Source: an uncultured Actinomycetes bacterium
Lineage (GTDB): Bacteria > Actinomycetota > UBA4738 > HRBIN12
Length of the DNA stretch: 64,000 nucleotides
Assembly (NCBI GenBank): GCA_963704885.1
Contig: CAVPIB010000001.1
Coordinates: 922,262 to 986,261 of the forward strand
Direction: 5' to 3'
Shown here: piece by piece, positions 1 to 8,699 of the stretch
Numbering within the stretch: position 1 is the first letter of the stretch
Layout of the letters: the number at the start of each line of letters is the position of its first letter
Translations under genes and position numbers: made by a program
The notes under the pieces: generated by a model
Seen by the model: only the letters and a program-made list of their open reading frames with translations
Databases searched by the model: none
What the model was told of the DNA's origin: nothing

Positions 1-340
1 CAAGGGCAACCGCTGTAAGACACAGCACGATGGCGATGCGACGCTGCCTCGGCTTGTGCGCCCTTCGGTGGGTCCGTCTGTCTCGATCGGTGGGGCCAGA
101 CCCAAGGCCGGTCACGGTCGCATCCTCCAGCGGGGAAGCCCGATGATGTGAAGCGGACGATAGTCCTGGTTTCACAAGGTGTGCAGACTCACTGGTCACG
201 TATGGTTAAGAGCGACGACTCTGCCATTTCTGCGACCACGTTGCACCGCCTTTGTCAGCGAATCGCCCTCCAGCGTGAGCATCGTCACAGACATGCGCTT
301 AGCTTGAGCGTAGAGTCGAACATATGTTCGAGGTCCTGGG

Positions 341-1528
341 ATGAGCGAGCTCCGCTCAGCGGTCGATTCGCTGCGCGTCGAGGTGCTTCCGGAACTGCCG
401 GATGCACGGATCGAGGAGGACTTCAGCGAGCTCCAGCGGGTCTCCGAGCTCCTTGAGATAGAACGGCTTCGGCGCCTGGCCGAGCTCGATCGGCGCCGCC
501 TCTACGAACGCGACGGCCATCTGTCTGCGGCCTCGTGGCTCGCCACTGCTCACAGGGTGTCCTGGGGTGCGGCGCGGGATCAGATACGGGTGGCTCGAGC
601 GTTGGACGAGATGCCGCAGACGCGCCGCGCGCTCGAGGCCGGCGACGTATCGATGTCGGTGGTGCGGTTGCTCGTCGACGCCAGTGACGCCGATCCCGAG
701 GCCTTCTCGCGGTCGGAAGCTCAACTGGTGGACGCCGCCAGGATCCACTCCGTGCATGACCTGCAGAAGGTGGCGGCGTACTGGCGCCAAGGCGTCGAGC
801 GCGAACGTGCCAAGGACGGTGAGGACACTCTGCGCGAGCGTCGGAGGCTCCACGCATCGGTCTCGTTCGCTGGCATGGTTCGCGTGGACGGTGACCTGGA
901 TCCCGAGACAGGCGAGACGCTCCTCACGGCGCTTTCCGCTGTGCTCGACTCCGAGTCCCGCTCCCGCACCGACGACGACGTCAGAACGCCCGCCCAACTG
1001 CGGGCAGACGCCCTTGGCGAGATCTGCCGGCAATGGCTCGACCGCAGTGACAGGCCGAGCGTCGCGGGCGAGCGTCCGCACGTAACCGTGACGGTGGGTG
1101 CCGAGGCGCTTCGAGGCGACCTGGGCATGAGTAACGAGCTCGATTACGTCGGCCCCGTTGATCCGGAGACTGCGCGGCGGCTCGCGTGTGACGCCTCGAT
1201 CATGCGAGTGGTGCTCTCAGGGCGTTCCGAACCCCTCGATGTCGGGCGTAGGACCTCGGTCATCCCTGCTGCCATGCGCAGGGCAGTGATCGTGCGTGAT
1301 CGTCACTGCCGGTTCCCTGGGTGCGACCGTCCTCATACATGGTGCGATGCCCACCACGTCGTGCACTGGGCCGACGGAGGACCCACGGCGGTTCCCAACC
1401 TGCTCTTGTTATGCCGACGCCATCATCGGTTGGTGCACCAGGGCCGGTTCGGACTGACGCTTGAGGACGGACGGCCGTTGTTCAGACGACCCGATGCATC
1501 GCCGCTGGAGGATCGAGCACCGCCGTAG
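341..1528 (+). CDS. HNH endonuclease, DUF222/13E12-repeat family
   Basis: 395-aa ORF. C-terminal HNH motif ...RHCRFPGCDRPHTWCDAHHVVHWADGGPTAVPNLLLLCRRHHRLVHQGRFG. N-terminal DUF222-like region typical of multicopy actinobacterial HNH proteins. Confidence 0.85.
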   Translation: MSELRSAVDSLRVEVLPELPDARIEEDFSELQRVSELLEIERLRRLAELDRRRLYERDGHLSAASWLATAHRVSWGAARDQIRVARALDEMPQTRRALEAGDVSMSVVRLLVDASDADPEAFSRSEAQLVDAARIHSVHDLQKVAAYWRQGVERERAKDGEDTLRERRRLHASVSFAGMVRVDGDLDPETGETLLTALSAVLDSESRSRTDDDVRTPAQLRADALGEICRQWLDRSDRPSVAGERPHVTVTVGAEALRGDLGMSNELDYVGPVDPETARRLACDASIMRVVLSGRSEPLDVGRRTSVIPAAMRRAVIVRDRHCRFPGCDRPHTWCDAHHVVHWADGGPTAVPNLLLLCRRHHRLVHQGRFGLTLEDGRPLFRRPDASPLEDRAPP

Positions 1529-1644
1529 GAGCGAGTGTGAGGGCACGACTGCGCGCCGGCGATCAGTCTTCGGCGTGCAGGCGGTGCAGCTCCTGAACCA
1601 GGAGCTGCTCCTCGGACTCGCCCCAGTTCTCGCCCTGTGCGGCC

Positions 1645-4600
1645 TCACCTGCGGGCGGCTCGGCCACGACGATCTGCAGCGTGCCTCCGGAGGGGGCCTC
1701 TTGACCGGAGCCCGCCTCTTCGCCGTCGGCCGGAGGCGCAACAGGCGCCTCGCCACCTGGGCCGCCGTCGGGCAGGAAGACACGGAACGCCGATCCGCCG
1801 CCGTCGCGGCTCTCGATCCGGGTCCAGCCGCCCTTGCATCTCCACGAACCGTTCCACGACGGGACTGAGCGATCCGTCAGACGAGGGCTCGGGGTCTTCG
1901 ACCGAGATCAGAGCGCCTCCATCGAGGTGAGCCAGGCGAACGGTGATGCCCTTGCCCGGGGGCGTGCGGTCGCCGCTCGCCCGCAGCAGGCCCGCCAAGA
2001 CCTGCTCCGCGCGCAGCGCGTCCACGGCCACGATCAGCGACTCGCTATCGATACGGACGTCGTGGTCGGTGCCGACGCCGGACTCCTCCACGACACGCTT
2101 GACCAACGCCTCCAGGTCGGTGCGCTTGATCGTCAGATCGACGACGCCGTGCGCCAACGCGTCGGCGTCGGCCAGGTCGGCCACCGTATGGCCCAGTCGG
2201 CGTGCCGCAGCGGTCAGCTGCTTGATCAACTGTGCCTGCTCCTTGGAGTCCTTCTTGAACTTCATGATCTGCGTGAGGCCCAGGATGTGGGAGAGCGTCT
2301 TGTTCGCGTCGAGCGACAGCTCCTTGGTGAACGGTGAGGCAGCGCGGCGATCCTCGAGAGGCTCGCCGGCTTCGGCATCAGCTCCGGCAGCGGCCGCCGG
2401 TTCCGACGAGGTCTGCAGGTCGTGCAGCGCCTTCTCCATCTGGAGGTGTCGCAGCTCGGCCTCGACCTCTTCCAGTCGCACGATCGTCTCCGCGAACTGC
2501 CGCTCAGCGGAGTGCGCGCGCTCTTCGACCTCGATGAGCTTCTCGGTCTGGCTGGCCAGACGCTCCTGGCTCGCTCGCAGCACCTGCTCCGTGTCCGGGT
2601 CCGGCAGGGTCTGAGCGGCAGCGGCGGCCAGCTCGGCGGCGTGTCGGGCCTCCGACTCGGCCACCGTGCGGGACAACTCATCACGTTCGACGGTGATGCG
2701 CCCCAGGTCCCCGGTCGCTTGGGCGGCCTCCTCGCGCGCGGTTCGGAGTTCTTGCTCGACGCGGTCGGCCCGCTCGGTCAGCTCCACGCCGCGACCGAGC
2801 TCTGTTTGGATCTCCGCGTTGGCAGCAGCCAGCTCCAGGCGGATCTCCTCGCGTTCGCGTGCCGCGAGCTCCTGCTCGCGCTCCGCCTGTTCCCGCAGAC
2901 GGCTCGCGTCCGCCAGCTCTCGCTGGAGGGTTTCGATCTCGGTCCGCGAACGCATCAGCTCTTCGTTCGCCTTCGCGACCTGTTCGTTCCGCGACGAACC
3001 GTGTTGGGTGGCGGCTGCGATCTCGTCGCGCGAGGCCTGCAGGTCCGCGAGCGCCTTCTCGAGTTGCGATCGCGTCTCGCGCAGCTCGACGTTCGCGCTG
3101 TCGGAGGCCGCCGTCACCTCGGCGATCCGGCGAGTCAGCTCTTCATCGCGCTGGCTCAACCGCAGCTCGAGCGAGGATGCCTGTTGCGCCATCTCCTCCT
3201 GAAGCGTGGCCTCGCGCTCGGCCAGACGATGCTGGAGCTCGGCCTCGCGCTCGGCCGCCTCGGCCGTGAGCGTCGCTGCACTTTGTGCTGCCTCCGCCGT
3301 CAGCGCGGCTTCGCGATTCGCGGCTTCCTTGGCGAGCGCTTCTTCGCGCTCGGCCAGCTGGCGCTTCGCCTGCGTTTCCATCTCCACGATCTGCGTCTGG
3401 AACTCCTCGCGGGTCCGACGCACCTGTTCCTCTAGATCGGCCTCGCGCTCCACCAGGTCCGCGCGGTGCGACGCCTTCACGCTGTCGAGCTCCGCACGGG
3501 TCGCCCGGAGCTCCTCGCCCAAGACAGTCGCCTTCTGTTCCTCGGCGCGGAGCACGCGCATCTCGTTGCGCACGTCCTCCAGCTCGGTGTTGGCTCGTGC
3601 CAGCTCTGCCTGTGCCGATTCCAAGGACTCCCGCGTGTGCAGCGCTTCGACGTGAGCGGCGTCCAGATCCTCGTGCATCTCCTGCGCGCGCGCGGCCTGG
3701 GACTTGAGCGTGTCGAGCTCCCGGCGGGTCACGGAGAGCTCGGTGTGAGCCCCCTCGAGCTCGGCCCGCAGGCCGATCGCCTCTTGTTCGACCTGGCGGG
3801 CCCGGTGGTCGAGCGCCGGATCCGGCCTGTTCTTGGCCTGCTCGGCGATGTGGCGAGCGAGCTTGTCACGCTCGGTCCCCATGGCCTTCAGCTGGCCCTC
3901 CAGAAGCCGGACGTGACCTTCGGCCTTCAGGAGGCGTCCCTCCAGCTCGGGATCGAGCGCGCCGGGCTGCGGCCGCTCGTGCACCGACTTCTGCGTGACA
4001 TGCAACTGCTCCAGGGTCTTGCGGTACTGCTCCTGGATCACGGAAAGGCGTTGCTCGGCCGTCTCGGCCCGTTCCTCCGCCTTGCGTCGCGCGTCGCCCT
4101 CTTCGCGCAGGCCGGGGGACGGCAGCTCGATCGGACGCTGCACCGGAGGCATGGCCGCAGCCGCCGCGGCGGCTCGGGCGCTCGAGGGGACGAAGTTGGC
4201 CATAGCCACCGCCGAGGCGGAGAGGCGCATCACCTTGTACAGGAAGACGAACGCGACGACGGCACTGATAGCCATGAAGATGGCGGCGAACTGCCAGGGC
4301 CGGCCGGCCGCGGCGATGGGGCCGTCGGGTCGCGCGAGTTGGACGGCGGCCGCGATGGGCGCGTCCGACCGAAGATGCAGTGGCACGAGCACGGAGAAGG
4401 AGCCGTCGCGCTGGTCCCAGGACACGGTGCCGCGCGTTGTGGCGTCGGTGACGGCACTTCGAGCTTCATCTGGCCGTTGTCCGATGAGTGCCCGGTCCGT
4501 GGCGTAGACGATGGTGCCGTCCGTCGACCAGATGGCGACATCGTCGTAGGGCGTGGGGTCCAACACGACCGGCGTGATCTTGACCGTGATCTGGTCGGCC

Positions 4601-4818
4601 TCCGTGGAGCTCGCCGTGGAGTTCACGTCGGACGGCGACAGTACGAGTGGCAGGGAGTTCTCGACGATGGAGCGCGCCTGGTCAACCGCGTTCGTCTTCG
4701 CCTGGTTGATGGCATTAACGCTCAGCAGGATCGAGGCGATCGCGCCCACGGCTAGGAGCGCTGCCAATACAAGCAGCATCGTCCGAGCGATGCGATAAAC
4801 GCTCCTCGTGCCGGCCAT
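1645..4818 (-). CDS. Membrane-anchored coiled-coil protein with degenerate histidine-kinase-like C-terminal module
   Basis: 1057-aa ORF. N-terminal TM helix (MLLVLAALLAVGAIASILL), a roughly 150-aa extracytoplasmic segment, then a second TM (FAAIFMAISAVVAFVFLY). This is followed by about 650 aa of E/R/A/L/Q-rich heptad-like coiled coil. Next comes a DHp-like segment (ELSLDANKTLSHILGLTQIM) with Leu where the phospho-acceptor His is expected. An HATPase-like N-box (VLAGLLRAS) has both conserved Asn replaced and no G2 box. The Arg-rich last roughly 60 aa may be GC-driven read-through. Confidence 0.6.
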   Translation of the reverse strand: MAGTRSVYRIARTMLLVLAALLAVGAIASILLSVNAINQAKTNAVDQARSIVENSLPLVLSPSDVNSTASSTEADQITVKITPVVLDPTPYDDVAIWSTDGTIVYATDRALIGQRPDEARSAVTDATTRGTVSWDQRDGSFSVLVPLHLRSDAPIAAAVQLARPDGPIAAAGRPWQFAAIFMAISAVVAFVFLYKVMRLSASAVAMANFVPSSARAAAAAAAMPPVQRPIELPSPGLREEGDARRKAEERAETAEQRLSVIQEQYRKTLEQLHVTQKSVHERPQPGALDPELEGRLLKAEGHVRLLEGQLKAMGTERDKLARHIAEQAKNRPDPALDHRARQVEQEAIGLRAELEGAHTELSVTRRELDTLKSQAARAQEMHEDLDAAHVEALHTRESLESAQAELARANTELEDVRNEMRVLRAEEQKATVLGEELRATRAELDSVKASHRADLVEREADLEEQVRRTREEFQTQIVEMETQAKRQLAEREEALAKEAANREAALTAEAAQSAATLTAEAAEREAELQHRLAEREATLQEEMAQQASSLELRLSQRDEELTRRIAEVTAASDSANVELRETRSQLEKALADLQASRDEIAAATQHGSSRNEQVAKANEELMRSRTEIETLQRELADASRLREQAEREQELAAREREEIRLELAAANAEIQTELGRGVELTERADRVEQELRTAREEAAQATGDLGRITVERDELSRTVAESEARHAAELAAAAAQTLPDPDTEQVLRASQERLASQTEKLIEVEERAHSAERQFAETIVRLEEVEAELRHLQMEKALHDLQTSSEPAAAAGADAEAGEPLEDRRAASPFTKELSLDANKTLSHILGLTQIMKFKKDSKEQAQLIKQLTAAARRLGHTVADLADADALAHGVVDLTIKRTDLEALVKRVVEESGVGTDHDVRIDSESLIVAVDALRAEQVLAGLLRASGDRTPPGKGITVRLAHLDGGALISVEDPEPSSDGSLSPVVERFVEMQGRLDPDREPRRRRIGVPCLPARRRPRWRGACCASGRRRRGGLRSRGPLRRHAADRRGRAARR

Positions 4819-4985
4819 CGTTCCCCTTGCGACGTATGGACCCAGCTCAGGTATCGGCTCGCTTAGGGGGGAGCCGTAGTCGGTCAGAGGTGGGATATGG
4901 TCGGAGCCAGGTAGGTCCTAGGGTGTACCCCGCCCAGGGCTCGGCGGGCGCCGAAGGTCGCGGAAGGCCTCGGACGTCGCCGGGG

Positions 4986-7523
4986 CTACGCCGCCGGGCC
5001 GGCTCCCGAGCGGACGATCGTGTCGCCGGTGACCTCGTGCTTGTCCAAGACGATCAGGTCTTCGATCGCCTCGCGCATCTCCGCCACGTGACTCACCAGC
5101 ACGACCAAGCGCCGATCGTCGGCGGAGACCAGGCGGCCGATGCCCTCCATGGCGCGGTCCAGATGATCGGGATCGAGGCTGCCGAACCCCTCATCCAGGA
5201 AGAAGGAATCTAGGCGTCCGCCGCCGCGCGCGACCATCTCCGCCAGCGCGAGCGCGAGTGCGAGGGAGGCCAGGAATGTCTCGCCACCCGAAAGGCTGTC
5301 GGCCTTCCGCTTGGTGCCGGCGGCGTTCAGGTCCAAGATCTCGAACCGGTCGTCGTCGGTGAACCTGTATGCGCTGTCGGTCAGCTGCTCGAAGTGTTCG
5401 CTTCCCAGCTCCGCCAGCTCCGAGCGCTCCTCCTCTAAGAGGAATCCCAGGAAGCGGGAGGGCTGCAGGTCGTCGGCCAGGCGCTTCGCGACCCCTCTGC
5501 GCGACTCGGTCTCCAAGACCCTTCGCTCCAGGTCGCTCGCCGCCGCGATCCGCTCTTCCAGCTCGGTCACCAGCGCAGCCGCCGTGCCGTGCGCCACCCC
5601 CGCGTCGGCCAGCGCCCGTCGGAAGTCGTCTGTGGGAGCCAGGCCGAGCGACTCGAGCAGCGCGCCGCGGGCCGCGATGCCCTCCTGCACCCGGACCGCG
5701 GCTTCGTCCCGCTCCTCTGACGATCGCTCGTGCCGGGCGACGATCGCCTCACGCACGTCGGCGAACGCGGTCTCGATCGTGGCCGGCTCGGCAGGTACGT
5801 CGCGATCCTCGTCGAGCCGGCCCCAGATGCCGGACAGTCGGTTCGCGAGCTTGGCGATCATCGCGCCGGCATCCTCGGCCCGCCGAACCGACTCCTCGTG
5901 GGCCGAACGCGCGCGCTCGACCGCGGTCCGCGCCTGGTCCACCGCGAGCTCCGCGGCGGCGAGCTCCGCCTGCCGGGCTTCGAAGAGCGAGCGGACGTCT
6001 CCCTCCTCGCCCAGCCACTCGACCAGCTGGCTCTTGGTGGCGTCGAGCGCGGAGTCGGCCGCCGTCGTGGCCGCGGTGGCGCGCTCGAGGACGGCCTCCG
6101 CCCTGGCGATGCCGGTGCTCGCCTCGCCGACGGCTGTTCGCGCCGACGCGTCGTCGGCTGCGCACCGCTCCTTCTCGATTCGCGCGCGCGCCTCGTCCCG
6201 CTCGGCCTTGGCCAGGGCCTTCTCGGCGGCCGCGACCTTCGGGGCGGCCCCGGCCTTTGGGATCGTGTGCACGTCCTGTCTGCAGACGGGACAGGGCTCA
6301 CCGGCCTCGAGCGTCCCGCGGAGTTCGTGGGCCATCTCGGCATGCTTCGCGTCCATGAGGGAAACGCGCGCGGTCTCGACGACCTGGAGCACGGCGGTAA
6401 GCGCGCGATCGGCGGCGGCGAGAGCGTCGGTCGCCTCCACCGCAGAGGTCTCTCGCTCCTCGGCCAGGGACCGCTGGGTCGCGAGCTCCACGTCGGCGCG
6501 ATCGGCCTCGGCGCGCGCGGAACGCAGTTCGTCGATCTGGCGTTCGTGCGCTTGCACCAGGTGTTCGAACGAGCGGAACTGCTCGCGGTCTCCATGCCGA
6601 GAGGCCACGTCCGCCAGCTCGGCCTCCCGTTCCTTGCGGAGCTGCTCGACCTGTTCACGCGCGGCCTTCGCGTCCGCGACGCGCGCTTCAGCGTCACGCG
6701 CGGCAGCGATCGCGATCTCCACGTCGGGTGCGGAGGGCAGTGCCGCCACGATCTCCTCAAGAGCAGCGATCCGCGCTGTCGCGGCCTCGGCGTCGCCCGC
6801 CGCCGCGTCCCGCTCCTTCTCCAGGCGCTCGATCTCGGGTCCGGCCTTGTCCAGGGCCGCCAACCGAGCCTGCGAGGCCCCGGCTGTCGCCCTCGCCTGA
6901 TCCAGCCTGCCCCGGGCCTCGGAGACACGCTCGCGTTCCTTCTCGAAAGAGGCCAGCTCCATCTCCACGCGGTCCAGCCGGGACTTCGCCACGCGCAGGG
7001 CGTCGTCGAGCCGTTCGAACCCGAACACGCCCTTCAGAACAGCGTCGCGCTGGGCGGGCGTCGCCTTCAGGAACTCCGCGAAGCGATTCTGCGCCAACAG
7101 CACCGAACGGCAGAACGTCTTGAAGTCCATCCCCAGGAGCTGCTCGATACGCGCGTTCATATCGCGTTCGAGGGTCACGGTCTCCACGATGTCCGCGTCC
7201 GGCTCGTCGGCGGCCAGCAGCTCGAGCTGGTGACCCGACGCACCCTTTCGGCGGAGCGAGCGGACCGCTCGCCACACCTGTCCGTTCACCTGGAACCGCA
7301 GCTCCACGTGCGACTGGTCCGCGAGCTGGTGGATCAGCGTCTTGGTGGCGCCCTCCACCTGTGGCGTCTTGCCGTACAGCGCGAACGAGATCGCGTCGAG
7401 GATCGAGGACTTGCCCGAGCCGATCGGGCCGACGATCCCCACCAGTCGCCGATCGCGCCAGTCGAACGTGGCACGGCCGCGGTAGGAACGGAAGCCCTCA
7501 ACGGTCAGCTCAAGCGGTCGCAT
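4986..7523 (-). CDS. sbcC: SbcC/Rad50-family double-strand-break repair ATPase
   Basis: 845 aa. N-terminal Walker A (GPIGSGKSSILDAISFALYG), a long central coiled coil with a CxxC zinc hook (GEPCPVCRQDV), and a C-terminal signature plus Walker B (SLSGGETFLASLALALALAE...FFLDEGFGSLD). It overlaps the sbcD stop by 14 nt, consistent with an operon. Confidence 0.85.
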   Translation of the reverse strand: MRPLELTVEGFRSYRGRATFDWRDRRLVGIVGPIGSGKSSILDAISFALYGKTPQVEGATKTLIHQLADQSHVELRFQVNGQVWRAVRSLRRKGASGHQLELLAADEPDADIVETVTLERDMNARIEQLLGMDFKTFCRSVLLAQNRFAEFLKATPAQRDAVLKGVFGFERLDDALRVAKSRLDRVEMELASFEKERERVSEARGRLDQARATAGASQARLAALDKAGPEIERLEKERDAAAGDAEAATARIAALEEIVAALPSAPDVEIAIAAARDAEARVADAKAAREQVEQLRKEREAELADVASRHGDREQFRSFEHLVQAHERQIDELRSARAEADRADVELATQRSLAEERETSAVEATDALAAADRALTAVLQVVETARVSLMDAKHAEMAHELRGTLEAGEPCPVCRQDVHTIPKAGAAPKVAAAEKALAKAERDEARARIEKERCAADDASARTAVGEASTGIARAEAVLERATAATTAADSALDATKSQLVEWLGEEGDVRSLFEARQAELAAAELAVDQARTAVERARSAHEESVRRAEDAGAMIAKLANRLSGIWGRLDEDRDVPAEPATIETAFADVREAIVARHERSSEERDEAAVRVQEGIAARGALLESLGLAPTDDFRRALADAGVAHGTAAALVTELEERIAAASDLERRVLETESRRGVAKRLADDLQPSRFLGFLLEEERSELAELGSEHFEQLTDSAYRFTDDDRFEILDLNAAGTKRKADSLSGGETFLASLALALALAEMVARGGGRLDSFFLDEGFGSLDPDHLDRAMEGIGRLVSADDRRLVVLVSHVAEMREAIEDLIVLDKHEVTGDTIVRSGAGPAA

Positions 7524-8676
7524 CGGCCTCCTCCAGCACGTCGCGAAAGAGTGCGAGCAGTTCGTCCGGCGCTTCTTCTTCGTGCTCGCGACGGAAGTAC
7601 TCGGCGTAGAGGTCCTCCCACGAGCGGTGGCCCTTCGCCAGCCGAGCGCGCTGGGCGCCGGCGGGACGCTGGGCCCTCACGTTCACCAGGAACCCGAACG
7701 CCTGGTGAGCGCGCTCGGAGAGCGACACGTCGGTGCCGCTGGCCTTCACGGTCAGATCCAGGAACGCGTCGGCCAGCTCCTCGGCCCGCGCCTCGATCGC
7801 GTCCCACGTGTCGGTCACGCGGACGAGACGCCGGCCGCCGGTGATCGGAACCGTCTCGGCCACGGCCAGCCGGCCGGGCTCGGCATCTACGATCACGACC
7901 CGCTTGTGCTCGCCCGCCTCGCCGAAGTCGAGTGCCAGCAGCGAGCCGGCGTACTCGGCCGGGACGGGCGTGCCGGGGACCGTCTGCGGCGCGTGGATAT
8001 GGCCCATCGCCACGTACTGCGGGCCGGGCGGTATCGCCTGCGCCGTGGCGGCGTAGGCATCGCCCATGTGGAGTTCCCGCTCGCCGCGCGCACCGTCGCG
8101 CCCCACGCGCACACCGTTAACCAGGAAGTGGGCCACCAGGATCGGGACCAGGTCGGCGCCGGCGAGTTCCACGAGCGCCTGGTTGTAACGGCCGGTGATC
8201 GCCGCCACCCGGTCCGCGTAGCCGCGGTACCACTCGCCGGCGTCCTTCATGAAGTCCACGACCTTCCCCTCCCGCAGGAACGGGAAACAGGCCACTACCG
8301 CGGGTAGGCCGCCGAGCTGGTCCGGGCCGATCACCCCCCCCTGATCCGGGCGCTTGATGCCGCCCACCAGGTGGACGCCCTGAGGACCGAGCAGCGGCGC
8401 GAGCGCCTCGAAGAGATCGGGGGAGTCGTGGTTGCCGGCCACCGCGATCACCGGTCGGCGCTCGGCGAGGCGCCGGAGCGTCTGCAGGCCGAGAGCAAGC
8501 GCGTCCATCTGCGGGATCGGCCGGTCCCAGACGTCGCCCGAGACGATCACGAGGTCGACGGCGCGTTCGTCGGCGATCCGTTCGACCTCCGCCAGGACGT
8601 CGCGGAACTCGTCCATGCGGTCGTGGCGGCCGAGCCGTTTGCCGATGTGCCAGTCCGATGTATGGAGGATCCGCAT
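7510..8676 (-). CDS. sbcD: SbcD/Mre11-family nuclease
   Basis: 388 aa. N-terminal calcineurin-like phosphoesterase motifs (MRILHTSDWHIGK ... VIVSGDVWDR ... AVAGNHD ... GHIHAPQ) typical of SbcD. Confidence 0.9.
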   Translation of the reverse strand: MRILHTSDWHIGKRLGRHDRMDEFRDVLAEVERIADERAVDLVIVSGDVWDRPIPQMDALALGLQTLRRLAERRPVIAVAGNHDSPDLFEALAPLLGPQGVHLVGGIKRPDQGGVIGPDQLGGLPAVVACFPFLREGKVVDFMKDAGEWYRGYADRVAAITGRYNQALVELAGADLVPILVAHFLVNGVRVGRDGARGERELHMGDAYAATAQAIPPGPQYVAMGHIHAPQTVPGTPVPAEYAGSLLALDFGEAGEHKRVVIVDAEPGRLAVAETVPITGGRRLVRVTDTWDAIEARAEELADAFLDLTVKASGTDVSLSERAHQAFGFLVNVRAQRPAGAQRARLAKGHRSWEDLYAEYFRREHEEEAPDELLALFRDVLEEADATA

Positions 8677-8699
8677 GTTCCGGGAGGAGGCGTGCCGGG

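Noticed and set aside
341-1528. HNH endonuclease as the boundary of a mobile element
   Set aside because: No flanking inverted or direct repeats, integrase or transposase are visible. DUF222 HNH genes are multicopy in actinobacteria but are not themselves evidence of an insertion here.
1645-1840. Arg-rich C-terminal tail of the coiled-coil protein (possible additional domain)
   Set aside because: The composition (RRRRIGVPCLPARRRPRWRG...) looks like GC-driven read-through and not a folded domain. The true stop may be as given, but the tail is probably unstructured, or a frameshift or read-through artefact.
5311-7844. Long plus-strand ORFs (529 aa Ser/Ala-rich, 704 aa Arg/Gly-rich) overlapping sbcC
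   Set aside because: They are low-complexity translations antisense to a well-supported sbcC gene. This is a typical high-GC open-frame artefact.
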